A stretch of 64,000 nt of DNA, taken from assembly GCA_964016885.1 (NCBI GenBank), contig OZ024740.1, positions 209,188,001-209,252,000 on the forward strand, written 5' to 3'. Made by a program: the position numbers and the translations under genes. This DNA comes from Eledone cirrhosa. Its lineage: Eukaryota. The number at the start of each line of letters is the position of its first letter. Within the stretch, counting starts at the first letter, position 1. Shown here one piece after another: positions 23,213 to 39,959 of the stretch. Below the pieces are notes generated by a model. That model ran no database searches. It saw nothing but the letters and a program-made list of their open reading frames with translations, and was not told where the DNA came from.

Positions 23213-26200
23213 ATGAGCCCCCACGCATCACCAGTATTATTATTACGCGGACCAATCATAAGCCAGAGGCCCATACTATCGCTTGCCTGGTTGCCTTTCG
23301 ATATATGATGGATGGATGGACTGCGGAATCCTGGAGAGTGGAGGAGAGAGAGAAAAATCTGGACGCTCAGCGACAATGCCAAAGATAAAGACAAATTCAC
23401 CTCGTGGACGAGAATGCGAGCACTCCTCATTGTTTCGACCGCGGGCAGCTAACATAACCCCATCGCCGTCCGCCCCCCACCGCCCCCAACCCCCAAACGC
23501 AATCCAAAACTTCAGAGTTGGTACCATAAATGTAGGCATAAATGTACCATAAATGTAGAAATGCTTGAACGTAAGGAGGTCGATGTTTGTTGTATTCAAG
23601 AGACCAGATGGAGGGGTGGGTCTGCTAGATTCATTGAGGGTAAAAAACGATGTTATAAGCTTTTCTGGGCGGGAAACGACGATGGGCTGGGTGGAGTAGG
23701 AATCATGGTAGCAGAAAAGTGGGCAGATAAGATAATAGACGTAAATAGAGTGAACGACAGAATAATTAAAATAAGACTTGTCCTCAATAGAACTACGGTG
23801 ACACTAATATCTGCGTACGCACCCCAATCCGGACTGCCCGGCACTATAAAAGACAGATTCTATGAGACACTGATGCTCACTACCTCCCAAATAACCGACA
23901 GTGACTATATAATTATCGCAGGCGACCTAAATGGTCACGTTGGACAACATTGTGACGGTTACGACGAAATCCATGGAGGCTATGGGTTTGGTACTAGAAA
24001 TGAGGAAGGCTCCAGAATCCTGGAATTCTGTGACGCAAATAACCTAACTATCTGTAACACTAACTTCAAAAAACGTGACAATCACCTGATCACCTATAGA
24101 TCCGGGGAACACACAAGCCAGGTAGATTATATCCTTACCAGAAGACGTGACAGAGTATCTGTTGTAAACACTAAATCCCTCCCCCATGAAGAATGCACCT
24201 CCCAACATAGACTGATAATTAGCGACCTCATAGTCAGGACGAGACGTACTCGACAGCAGAAGAGGACTATCCTCAGGAGAAAAATATGGAAGCTAAAGGA
24301 CCCCACAGCCAGAAATAAATTTCAAAGCATATTACTTGATGCTTTCGACAGTAAGGAAGAGCAATTAGAGTCGGACAATATAGAGGGACAGTGGGAATTT
24401 CTGAAAGCAAACCTGCTGATGGCGACAGACGAAGTCTGTGGCTGGAGCAGGCCTGTAGGCAGGAGGAGAGTAACATGGTGGTGGAACAGTAGGGTGGAGG
24501 GGTCAATTAAGGCCAAAAAGCAGGCTTGGAAAGTATGGCGGGATGGGGGAAGTAGAGAAGACTATCAAGTGGCCAGGAGGGAGGCTAGGGGACAAGTGTA
24601 CTTCGCAAGAAGGGAAGCAGAGGAAAGAAAGTTCAAGCATGTTCTACAACGCGAGGACCAAAAACGTGAGGTGTTCAGGATTGCTAGGCAATGTGTCAAG
24701 GAAAACCGTGATATTGTTGGGGAGAAGTGTGTACTTAATGATGACGGCGTACTTGCCATCACCGACGCTGATAAGAAGGTAGCTTGGAAGTGCCACTATG
24801 AAAGGCTACTAAATGAGGAGAATAAATGGGAGAAAGACAGTCTCCCCCACATCGACCCAATAGAGGGACCAGCAGTGTTAGTCGAGGGTAGTATAATAAG
24901 TAAGGCAATCAAGGATATGAAGACGGGTAAGGCGGCTGGGCCTTCAGAAATAGTTGCTGAGATGCTGAAGGCATCTGGCTCGGTGGGACACACCTTGGAC
25001 ACCCGGATAGTTAACCAAGTCGTACAGAATGGGGTTGTTCTGAAGGACTGGCATAGCAGCATCATCGTTAACTCGTTAACTGTTATAAGGGTAAAGGAGA
25101 TGCCCTAGATAGGAGTAACTATAGAGGCATTAAACTAATCGACCAGGTCATGAAGGTCACGGAAAAAGTAATAGCGCAACTAATCAAAGAGAGAATTGAC
25201 CTAGATGAAATGCAGTTCGGGTTTGTGTCAGGCAAAAGTACCACAGACGCTCTTTTCATTGTACCTCAACTACAGGAGAAGTACCTAGCTAAAGGTAAAC
25301 CCCTCTACTTAGCTTTTGTCGACTTGGAGAAAGCCTTCGACAGAGTCCCCTGTTCCATTATCTGGTGGGCCCTTAGAAAACTAGGTGTCGACGAATGGCT
25401 TGTGAGAGCTATACAAGCCATGTATAAAGAAACAGTCAGCAAGGTTAGAATTAACAACGAATATAGTGAAGAGTTTAGCGTAAAAGTTGGCGTCCATCAG
25501 GGCTCTGTTCTCAGCCCCCTACTATTTATTATTGCCCTTCAGGCTATAACAGAGGAGTTCAAGACCGGCTGCCCATGGGAACTCCTATACGCAGACGACC
25601 TGACACTCATAGCTGAATCAATGGCCGAGCTAGAGAAGAAATTCCAAACATGGAAGCACGGCCTAGAATCAAAAGGCCTTAAAATTAACCTGGCTAAGAC
25701 TAAAGTTCTAGTTTGTAGGAAAGAAAATAAGGCGGCGGTCCCTTCTGGGAAATGGCCATGCTCAGTGTGTAGGAAAGGCGTAGGTAGAAACTCCATTTTA
25801 TGTCCCAAATGCAAAGTATGGGTGCATAAAAGATGTAGTGGGATCACAGGTAAGCTAACTAAGAACTTAGATTTTACATGTGGGCGGTGCTCTGGTGCAA
25901 TAAGTAGCAGCGAGTGCCCACAAAATACTAACTCTTTCAATTGCGCAGAGGGCTCTATAGAAATAGTGGACAGCTTCCGTTACCTGGGTGACAAAATCAG
26001 CAGTGAGGGAGGGTGCTCCGAAAGTACAGTAGCTAGAGTCAGAACTGGATGGAAAAAGTTCAGAGAGCTTATACCACTATTAGCCGCTAAAGGGTTCTCC
26101 CTAAAAATGAAAGGCAGGTTGTATGATGCCTGCATACGAACAGCAATGTTGCATGGCAGCTAGACCTGGGCATTGTGCACAGAGGATATACGCAGACTAG

Positions 26201-26930
26201 AGAGGAACGAAGCTTGCCTGCTCCGCTGGATGTGTAATAGTAATATACGTGAACGGCAAAGCATAAACGAACTAAGGAAAAAATTAGAAATAAGAGGGAT
26301 CAGATGTTGTTTACTCGAGAGAAGGCTACGTTGGTACGGACACGTGATGCACATGAAAGTCGATAGCTGTATAACAAAGTGCAGGGCAATAAAGATAGAC
26401 GGTAGCCACGGAATAGGCAGACCTAGAAAACCCTGGGACGAGCTGATAAACTCCGACCTCACACACTTACACCTCTCCAAGACAATGTCACTGGACCGAG
26501 ACCTTTGGCGGTACTCAGTAATAGAGAAGACCCGCCTTACCTAAATACATAGTAAAACCTACTACAGCCAGTAGGCATCTCTAACAATATACACCACCGT
26601 CCCACCACCCACACCCCCATCCACACCACCCCCTCCTATGTAAAGTTATGTTGGTGCCACAACATCCAGGCCGAAACAAATGAGGTTGTGTAGGTGTCAC
26701 GACAAAAAAACACACAGTCCACGCTGTAATGTGGCCGTGTAGGCAACACGGTAAAAACCTCCCAGTCCCACACTGTAAATGTGGTTGGTGTTAGGAAGGG
26801 CATCCAACTGTAGAAAACCTGCCAGACAGTCCTATGCGAGCAAGACAATCACTCTTGCCTCAAGTGGTAATACCCCCGTCCAAACCCATGCAAGCGTTAA
26901 ACGTTGATGATGATGATGATGATGATGATG
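23213..26930 (+). mobile_element. Near full-length RTE LINE (subfamily B): APE endonuclease + RT, disrupted
   Basis: FRVGTINVG / DVCCIQETRW..SAYAPQ..GDLNGHVG..QVDYIL..SQHRLII (APE) then RT. Lesions: duplication ~23520-23557, 8-bp CGTTAACT duplication frameshift ~25066-25081, GAG>TAG at 26161. Ends in (GAT)n tail. Confidence 0.95.
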
Positions 26931-26940
26931 ATACATACAT

Positions 26941-27548
26941 GGTGGCCGCCAACTCGTTTTCTAGTACGGCCACTACTTTATATCCATGTAGGAGAACCCC
27001 CACCGATGCGCTGAATGAGTGTGACTTTTCAGTCCAGCCAGCGACTTGAAAACTCTGGTACAAACACTACACTTGTCACAATTATTGACACATAGTGCTG
27101 GGCACATGGTACCATGTGACGACAAGTGCAGAGAGATCTCCAGATATAAAGCAATGCCTGTGCCGTGAAGCTTTTATAGTGAGCAAAGGCACTGCACAAA
27201 GCCAGTCCCACTCTCTTAACCAAGATGATATTTAACAAAAAGAAGAACAAGTCAACATCATTGGATACCATCAGGGTTGCAGGTGTTATATCAGAGTTTT
27301 CCTTCTCCTAGAATTCTGCCTTGACAAAGGCTAAGGGGTCATCTCTCCCGGTGATTTTGGATGGCCATTGACTCTTAAGAGCTCCTTTGCCCTTTGACAG
27401 GTTTTGTTTTTATTCCTGCAGGATGTCCAAAGTCACCCTCCTCACCAAGAAACCTTGGTGGGGTTGCCAGTTTAGTTGCCAACGACCCGACCATGAGACA
27501 GGTTGTACTGGGATACATGTTACCAGTAGCACCAACTGGTGACCTGAC
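26941..27548 (-). mobile_element. 600-bp non-autonomous RTE derivative, copy 2
   Basis: Reverse complement of 8955-9555; sits in the tail of the RTE-B element. Confidence 0.9.
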
Positions 27549-27550
27549 AT

Positions 27551-27625
27551 AGTCGCCAACGACCCGACCATGAGTCAGGTTGTACTGGGATACATGTTAC
27601 CAGTAGCACCAACTGGTGACCTGAC
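27551..27625 (-). mobile_element. Extra 75-bp 5' end of the 600-bp element
   Basis: Duplicates 27474-27548. Confidence 0.85.
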
Positions 27626-27633
27626 ATACATAT

Positions 27634-27664
<31 letters not shown>

Positions 27665-27779
27665 CAAACATACATATATATATATATAGAGATATATATA
27701 TATATATACATACATATATACATACATACATATATATATATATAGATATATATATATATATATATATATACATACATAT

Positions 27780-27812
<33 letters not shown>

Positions 27813-27829
27813 CATACATATATATATAC

Positions 27830-27860
<31 letters not shown>

Positions 27861-28081
27861 CATACATATATATATACATATATATATATACATACATACA
27901 TATATATATACATACATACATATATATATATACATATATATATATACATACATATATATATATACATACATATATATATACATACATATATATATATACA
28001 TACATATATATATACATACATATATATATATATACATACATATATATATACATACATATATATATACATACATATATATAT
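27626..28081. repeat. (TA)n/(TACA)n spacer array, duplicated at 28690-29149
   Basis: Both arrays share rare interruptions (CATACAAACATAC, TATAGAGATATA, TAGATA) in the same order. Confidence 0.92.
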
Positions 28082-28689
28082 GGTGGCTGCCAACTCGTTT
28101 TCTAGTACGGCCACTACTTTATATCCATGTAGGAGAACCCCTACCGATGCGCTGAATGAGTGTGACTTTTCAGTCCAGCCAGCGACTTGAAAACTCTGGT
28201 ACAAACACTACACTTGTCACAATTATTGACACATAGTACTGGGCCCATGGTACCATGTGACGACAAGTGCAGAGAGATCTCCAGATACAAAGCAATGCCT
28301 GTGCCGTGAAGCTTTTATAGTGAGCAAAGGCACTGCACAAAGCCAGTCCCACTCTCTTAACCAAGATGATATTTACCAAAAAGAAGAACAAGTCAACATC
28401 ATTGGATACCATCAGGGTTGCAGGTGTTATATCAGAGTTTTCCTTCTCCTAGAATTCTGCCTTGACAAAGGCTAAGGGGTCATCTCTCCCGGTGATTTTG
28501 GATGGCCACTGACTCTTAAGAGCTCCTTTGCCCTTTGACAGGTTTTGTTTTTATTCCTGCAGGATGTCCAAAGTCACCCTCCTCACCAAGAAACCTTGGT
28601 GGGGTTGCCAGTTTAGTTGCCAACGACCCGACCAAGAGACAGGTTGTACTGGGATACATGTTACCAGTAGCACCAACTGGTGACCTGAC
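28082..28689 (-). mobile_element. 600-bp non-autonomous RTE derivative, copy 3
   Basis: Reverse complement of 8955-9555. Confidence 0.9.
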
Positions 28690-28843
28690 ATACATATATA
28701 CATACATACATACATACATACATACAAACATACATATATATATATATAGAGATATATATATATATATATATACATACATATATACATACATACATATATA
28801 TATATATAGATATATATATATATATATATATATACATACATAT

Positions 28844-28880
<37 letters not shown>

Positions 28881-28897
28881 CATACATATATATATAC

Positions 28898-28928
<31 letters not shown>

Positions 28929-29149
28929 CATACATATATATATACATATATATATATACATACATACATATATATATACATATATATATATACATACATA
29001 CATATATATATACATACATACATTTATATATATACATATATATATATACATACATATATATATATACATACATATATATATACATACATATATATATATA
29101 TACATACATATATATATACATACATATATATATACATACATATATATAT

Positions 29150-29553
29150 GGTGGCTGCCAACTCGTTTTCGAGTACGGCCACTACTTTATATCCATGTAG
29201 GAGAACCCCTACCGATGCGCTGAATGAGTGTGACTTTTCAGTCCAGCCAGCGACTTGAAAACTCTGGTACAAACACTACACTTGTCACAATTATTGACAC
29301 ATAGTACTGGGCCCATGGTACCATGTGACGACAAGTGCAGAGAGATCTCCAGATACAAAGCAATGCCTGTGCCGTGAAGCTTTTATAGTGAGCAAAGGCA
29401 CTGCACAAAGCCAGTCCCACTCTCTTAACCAAGATGATATTTACCAAAAAGAAGAACAAGTCAACATCATAGGATACCATCAGGGTTGCAGGTGTTATAT
29501 CAGAGTTTTCCTTCTCCTAGAATTCTGCCTTGACAAAGGCTAAGGAGTCATCT
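29150..29553 (-). mobile_element. 600-bp non-autonomous RTE derivative, copy 4 (5'-truncated)
   Basis: Near-identical to 28082-28485; offset 1068 bp. Confidence 0.9.
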
Positions 29554-29771
29554 ATATATATATATATACATACATCTATATATATATATATACATATATA
29601 TATATACATACATGCATATATATATATATACATATATATACATGCATATATATATATATATACATATATATACATACATGCATATATATATATACATATA
29701 TATATATATACATATATATATATACATACATATATATATATACATATATATATATACATACATATATATAC

Positions 29772-29816
<45 letters not shown>

Positions 29817-29961
29817 CATATATATATATACATACATATATATATATACATACATATATATATATATACATACATATATATATATACATACATACATATA
29901 TATACATACACACATATATATACATACATACATATATATACACACATACATATATATATAC

Positions 29962-29995
<34 letters not shown>

Positions 29996-30033
29996 ATATA
30001 CATACATATATATATATACATATATATATATAT
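29554..30033. repeat. Impure (TA)n array with C-type interruptions
   Basis: Direct reading. Confidence 0.95.
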
Positions 30034-30035
30034 TC

Positions 30036-31195
<1,160 letters not shown>

Positions 31196-32360
31196 ACGGC
31201 TCTCTCAGAACTCATATGGTCCTTGAAAGACAAAAAGATTAAATATAACCATCTTTTGGAAGAAGGTTTCTTCTGCGTCTTCATACTTGAACAGCTCTCT
31301 ATCTAAAATCTGTAATCTCTGCCTAAATGAAAAATTTACCATTATCTCTAATCTAGATTCTATAATAAATAGATGTACAGATTTGTTTTCTATCTGCTTG
31401 CATAAATTCCATAAGACTTTTCACAAAGTATACAGCTAATATTCAATTCTTTATCAATTTAGAATCTTTTCTCAAAGGCACATATACATACACCTCTTTT
31501 AAAATATACCCATCTTCCTACCTTACTTCAAAGGGTATTATACACTCTATAATACTTGTTTACTCATTACCCTCACTCTATCTTCACCTTGTAAAATCCT
31601 TCGTAACATATACATTTGTTTTTGACGCTAGATTATTCATCCTTAATTTATTATTTTTTTCTCCCCATCATCTAACTCATTCTTAATACATATTAACTCT
31701 TTCTTCGCACATATTATCAATTCCTTCAATATACAAACCTTAACTTTACATTATTTTTCTCAAATCCTTCAATACACAAACCTTAATAATTTTTTCTCTT
31801 CATTAATTTTCAAATTTCCATAATACTTGTAAACATACACACAATTTTTTTTGACGTTAGAATATTCATCCGCAATACATTATTCTTTTCTCTCTATCAT
31901 CAAACTTTTTAATCTCAATACATATTAACTCCCTCTCCTTCTTCGTACATATTTTTCCCTTCGTTAATTTTCAAATTCTTTTAATTTATACATTATCTTC
32001 CAACGGTTTTCAACCTCTCTATGTAAAACAATATATCTTTTCTCAGTTATAAAAACTATCTCTTTCTCTCTATCACCCATCTCTCCCTCTCCACCTTCAC
32101 TCTCATCTCCTTCCCTTTTTTTCATCCTTTCCACCCCCCTCCCTCTCTAAACAAAATATTTTCCCAATATCACACATCAATCTAAAATTACTTTTCATAT
32201 GTTGATTTAAAACTGCACTATCCACAAGTGTTTTTTAGCCTTCATATCATGTCCTCCTGTTTTATCTGATGAAAACAAATATTATTGCATGATGATGTTT
32301 GTTTTTGAAATGCGCATAATAAAATACATGGAACTCCTTTAACCATCTTTTGATCTTATA
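31196..32360 (+). mobile_element. Penelope-like element 3' part: GIY-YIG endonuclease C-terminus, long UTR, pLTR
   Basis: [17 protein letters not shown] then (frameshift) [39 protein letters not shown] (stop ~31439), typical of PLE GIY-YIG ends; hammerhead and AATAAA at 32260-32324. Confidence 0.85.
32260..32324 (+). ncRNA. Type I hammerhead ribozyme motif
   Basis: TTTTAT-CTGATGA-AAACAAAT..GTTTGTTTt-GAA-ATGCGCAT-A-ATAAAA: all three stems, palindromic stem III, AUA site. Confidence 0.85.
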
Positions 32361-32381
32361 TATTATATGTATATATATGTA

Positions 32382-32696
32382 TAAAATAAAATAAATAAGT
32401 CAAATATTTAAAATTTGGCTTCCTTTATTACTGCTATATATATTTCAGTGACAGCCGTCTTTGACTGTGACCTCATCAGGCAGTCCGAATTGGTGTGGTA
32501 GAGACGGGTACACATGTTGTTGAGGTGTTTCACCGAAATATATATAGCAGTAATAAACGAAGCCAAATTTTAAATATTTGACTGATTTATTTTATTTTAC
32601 ACTACTCCGGAGTAACCAAACCAACCTGCGCACTTCGTCGAGTGCTCCAATCTGCATACTGAGGTGTTGGTAAACAACCAACATATACTCAAAATG
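32382..32696. mobile_element. PLE fold-back: inverted pLTR arms 32382-32451 / 32530-32599 plus tail
   Basis: ~70-bp near-perfect inverted repeat; hammerhead on minus strand in left arm/loop; right arm extends ~95 nt ending ..CAAAATG. Confidence 0.82.
32430..32484 (-). ncRNA. Type I hammerhead ribozyme motif
   Basis: ACTGC-CTGATGA-GGTCACAGTC aaagac GGCTGTCACT-GAA-ATATATAT-A-GCAGT; perfect 5-bp stem I. Confidence 0.85.
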
Positions 32697-33256
32697 TATG
32701 TATATATATATATATACGTATGTATATATATGTATATATATATGTATGTATGTATATATATATTTATGAGTGTGTATGTATATATATATGTATGTGTGTA
32801 TATATATGTATGTGTTTATATATATATATATATGTGTGTGTATATATATATATATGTATAATATGTATATATATATGTATGTATATATATATATGTATAT
32901 ATATGTATATATATGTATATATTGTATATATATGTATATATTGTATATATATGTATATATTGTATATATATATGTGTATATATATATATGTATGTATATG
33001 TATATATATATATATATATGTATGTATATATATATGTATGTATATATATATGTATGTATATATATATGTATGTATATATATATGTATGTATATGTATATA
33101 TGTATGTATATATATATATATGTATGTATATATATATATATATGTATGTGTATGTATATATATATGTGTATGTATATATATATGTGTATGTATATATGTG
33201 TATGTATATATATATATATATGTATGTATATATGTATGTATAAATATGTATATACA
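32697..33256. repeat. Impure (TA)n/(TATG)n array
   Basis: Direct reading. Confidence 0.95.
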
Positions 33257-34160
33257 TGAGAGTAAATCTAGCTAAGACAAAAGTGTTGATGAGTAGAAAA
33301 GAGGACAAAACCCTGATTCCGTCAGGGAAATGGCCATGTTCGATATGCAGAAAAGGAACTGGCATAAATTCTATAAAATGCACACAATGTAGGTCCTGGG
33401 TACACAAGAGATGAAGCGGGATAGCAGGCAAACTAACAGGTAGGGAGAAATATGTATGCAGTAGATGTACAGGGAAATTAGACAGTAGAAGTCGCACTGA
33501 TAGACACATTTTTCAAATGCGAGAGGGCGCTATAGAAGTGGTGGATAGCTTCCGGTACCTAGGAGATCAGATTAGCATGGGAGGAGGGTGTTCCGAGGCC
33601 ATAGTATCTAGAATAAGGACGGGTTGGAAGAAGTTTAGGGAGCTGCTTCCTCTGTTGACGAAGAAGGGTTTCTCCCTGCTTACGAAAGGCCGGTTGTATG
33701 ATGCCTGTGTGAGGAGCGCAATGCTGCATGGTAGTGAGACATGGGCAGCTACCGCAGAAGATATGCGACGGCTGGAGAGAAATGAGGCAAGCATGCTCCG
33801 TTGGATGTGCAGTGTAAATGTGCGTGAACGACCCAGCATAAATGTGTTGAGAGAGAAACTGTGTCTGAGAGGGATAGAATGTAGTGTACGGGAGAGGAGA
33901 CTGAGGTGGTATGGACATGTGATGCGCATGGAGGATGACCGATGGGTGAAGAAGTGCCAGGAAATGCCAGTTGAAGGAAGACGTGGTAGAGGTAGACCAC
34001 GAAAAACATGGGCGGAGGTGGTGAGAACAGACCTCAGATCATTGAAGCTCACGGTGGAGATGACGAGGGACCGTGACGAGTGGAGAGATGCTGTGCTGAA
34101 TAAGACCCGTCCCACCCTTGCAAGCAGGGAAAAGCGGACGTAAAATGATGATGATGATGA
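33257..34160 (+). mobile_element. 5'-truncated RTE LINE (subfamily C)
   Basis: [17 protein letters not shown]..(TGT>TGA stop ~33410)..[35 protein letters not shown], immediately followed by (GAT)n. Confidence 0.94.
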
Positions 34161-34224
34161 TACATATATATATATGTATCTCTATATATATGTATGTATA
34201 TATAATACTATATATACATATTAT

Positions 34225-34287
34225 GTCCAGTCACCAGTTGGTGCTACTAGTAACATGTCTCATGGTCAGGTCGTTGGCGACTAAACT
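34225..34287 (+). mobile_element. Decayed 5' fragment of the 600-bp element family
   Basis: GTCACCAGTTGGTGCTACTAGTAACATGT..GGTCGTTGGCGACTAAACT with an internal deletion. Confidence 0.75.
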
Positions 34288-34404
34288 AATTTTTTCATGT
34301 CTCAATCTTAAGGTATATAAATATTGAGTTTTGTCATATCTTACTCACTGCCATGACTGAATTTCAACCATCTACTTAGTCAGGGTATGTCATGCATCAT
34401 CTTA

Positions 34405-34467
34405 TTTTATATGATGAGGACGTACTGTTGGAGATAACTCAGTACCTCTGAAATATGTATAATAAAA
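34405..34467 (+). ncRNA. Degenerate hammerhead motif (PLE remnant)
   Basis: TTTTAT-aTGATGA-ggacGTACTG..CAGTACctct-GAAATATGTATA-ATAAAA; core C3 replaced by A. Confidence 0.6.
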
Positions 34468-34514
34468 TATACCTGATCACACGAATGTCTATTTTTCTAA
34501 ATATTTTGAATTAA

Positions 34515-36275
<1,761 letters not shown>

Positions 36276-36289
36276 TTCATCATTCATTC

Positions 36290-37596
36290 ATTCATCATCA
36301 TTTTACGTCCGCTTTTCCCTGCTTGCAAGGATGGGACGGGTCTTATTCAGCACAGCATCTCTCCACTCGTCACGGTCCCTCGTCATCTCCACCGTGAGCT
36401 TCAATGATCTGAGGTCTGTTCTCACCACCTCCGCCCATGTTTTTCGTGGTCTACCTCTACCACGTCTTCCTTCAACTGGCATTTCCTGGCACTTCTTCAC
36501 CCATCGGTCATCCTCCATGCGCATCACATGTCCATACCACCTCAGTCTCCTCTCCCGTACACTACATTCTATCCCTCTCAGACACAGTTTCTCTCTCAAC
36601 ACATTTATGCTGGGTCGTTCACGCACATTTACACTGCACATCCAACGGAGCATGCTTGCCTCATTTCTCTCCAGCCGTCGCATATCTTCTGCGGTAGCTG
36701 CCCATGTCTCACTACCATGCAGCATCGCGCTCCTCACACAGGCATCATACAACCGGCCTTTCGTACGCAGGGAGAAACCCTTCTTCGTCAACAGAGGAAG
36801 CAGCTCCCTAAACTTCTTCCAACCCGTCCTTATTCTAGATACTATGGCCTCGGAACACCCTCCTCCCATGCTAATCTGATCTCCTAGGTACCGGAAGCTA
36901 TCCACCACTTCTATAGCGCCCTCTCGCATTTGAAAAATGTGTCTATCAGTGCGACTTCTACTGTCTAATTTCCCTGTACATCTACTGCATACATATTTCT
37001 CCCTACCTGTTAGTTTGCCTGCTATTCCGCTACATCTCTTGTGTACCCAGGACCTACATTGTGTGCATTTTATAGAATTTATGCCAGTTCCTTTTCTGCA
37101 TATCGAACATGGCCATTTCCCTGACGGAATCAGGGTTTTGTCCTCTTTTCTACTCATCAACACTTTTGTCTTAGCTAGATTTACTCTCAGTCCTCTTGCT
37201 TCCAACTGCTGTTTCCATAGCCGGAATTTATTCTCTAGCTCCTCTACTGATTCTGCCATAAGAGCCAGATCGTCAGCATAGAGAAGTTCCCATGGACAGC
37301 CAGTCTTAAACTCCTCTGTTATGGCTTGGAGGACTATAATGAACAAGAGCGGGCTGAGGACCGAACCCTGATGTACTCCTACTTGTATCTGGAATTCCTC
37401 ACTAAACTCCATTCCTACCCTGACTTTACTGAGAGTACCTCTGTACAAAGTTTGCACTGTCCTTACAAGCCATTCCTCAACACCCAGCTTCCTTAGGGAC
37501 CACCAGATGACAGATCGGGGTACCCTATCAAAGGCCTTCTCTAGGTCAACAAAGGCTAAGTATAGTGGCTTATTCTTCTCTAAGAACCTCTCTTGC
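36290..37596 (-). mobile_element. 5'-truncated RTE LINE (subfamily C), open frame
   Basis: [43 protein letters not shown]; near-identical inverted partner of 33257-34160. Confidence 0.95.
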
Positions 37597-38515
<919 letters not shown>

Positions 38516-38970
38516 AAAACAAGTTTGACAAGTTGAGGAATCAACTTATGATATGGCAATGTGTTTGTTCTATCAACAATTAAAAAGAGCATATATATAT
38601 CCAAGATATAATCCAATAAATTGAATGAATAAATGTGGGATAAATTCATTTTACATGTATTTTACTAATTAGATGGTGAGAAATACAAATGTATTTACTG
38701 CACAGAATTAAAATAGATATAAGTAAGAAGAAAAAGTAAAATGGAATATATCTTATAGTATAACAGAGGACATAGTCACCGAAATAAATATATATACCCC
38801 ATCATACTGTTTAAAATAAGAAAGGTAAGACTATTCACGGAGAGAGATGTTTAATGTTACATAGACATCTTCAGAAATGGAGAGAAATATAATTGCTATT
38901 GAAGAAAAAATCGTTTGTTCTATAAAATATTAAACGAAAACTATTTCAATATTTCAATTTATGAAATAAT

Positions 38971-39157
38971 TGTTTCTACTTTTGGCACAAGGCCAACAAT
39001 TACCCAGTGCATTACTGGTACTTTATTTTATCGACCCCATAAGGATGAAAGGCAAAGTAAACCTCGGCGGGATTTGAACTCAGAATGGCAAGGACCGTAA
39101 CTCTATGCGTCAAAGCATGGCGTCCGACCCTCTACCGATACTGCCAATCCACCGCCT
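38971..39157 (-). mobile_element. tRNA-derived SINE (octopus OR-like family) with 13-bp TSD
   Basis: Minus strand GGCGGTGGATTGGCAGTATCGGTAGAG..GAGTTCAAATCCCGCCGAGGTTTACTTTGCCTTTCATCC; TSD TTTATGAAATAAT at 38958-38970 and 39158-39170. Related copies or fragments at ~39705-39765(+), 40839-41030(+), 42845-42940(+), 43785-43871(-), 53165-53310(-), 53966-54125(-), 60797-60936(-). Confidence 0.88.
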
Positions 39158-39554
39158 TTTATGAAATAATGTAAGGGAAATAACTCTTCGTAAACTACTA
39201 GTTTTACATATGTTCCTCGGTCGTATAGTATCACCATTTGTCACGTGGAAGACAATGTTCGATTCGCCGCTGGAGAGGTGTTAATCCTTTATGGTGGTGC
39301 CCCAGCCAGTCGGCTGGAACAGGTAAAAGAGAGAAAGAGTATCATATATATATATAAAACGTCAATGCTGCAAACCTGTATTACCTTTTCACTTTTCCTT
39401 GGATAACATCAGGGTGGGGAGAGGAGAGACTGACGAGCTTGGGTGACTGCTGGGCTTCCACAAAAGCACTTTGTCCAGGCTTGTGCCTTGGAGGGGAACG
39501 TTTTAGGCAAAGGGAGTCTTTACATAGATGTAAACATATAATACTAAAGCAACC

Positions 39555-39663
39555 AGCCCACCCTGTAAAGTGGTCGTGTTGCTAACATGACAAAAAACAT
39601 CCTGTCCACCCTGTAAGGTGGTCATGTTGGTGACACGATGAAAAAGTACCCTGTCCAACCTGT
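39555..39663 (+). repeat. Tandem ~45-bp hairpin units of the RTE-3'UTR/SINE type
   Basis: CCACCCTGTAAAGTGGTCGTGTTGCTAACATGACAAAAAAC.. repeated; same unit as in 14150-14250 and 16910-17050. Confidence 0.7.
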
Positions 39664-39959
39664 CATTTGGTCGTTTTGGTGCTACAATAATAAGCATCTA
39701 AACCCACTGAGGTCAACTTTACCTTTCATCCTTGTCAAAAAAGTACCAGTATAGTAATGGAGTAGGTTCTCATTCCCTTTCTATATTTCTTCTCTGGAGA
39801 GGGGATAGGGTTTAAAAGGCCCAAAACATACTGTATGTCACTACAGCACCCCTTACAACTCCATCAAAAATTACAGGTCCATACACACACACACACGTAC
39901 ATACATACATAGTATTGAAATGTTTTCTTGTATATTTATTTGTATTTTTTTTTTTTCAG

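Noticed and set aside
26941-29553. CRISPR-like or LTR-retrotransposon interpretation of repeat-spacer-repeat
   Set aside because: Units are 600 bp with microsatellite spacers; no cas, gag/pol, PBS or TG..CA termini.
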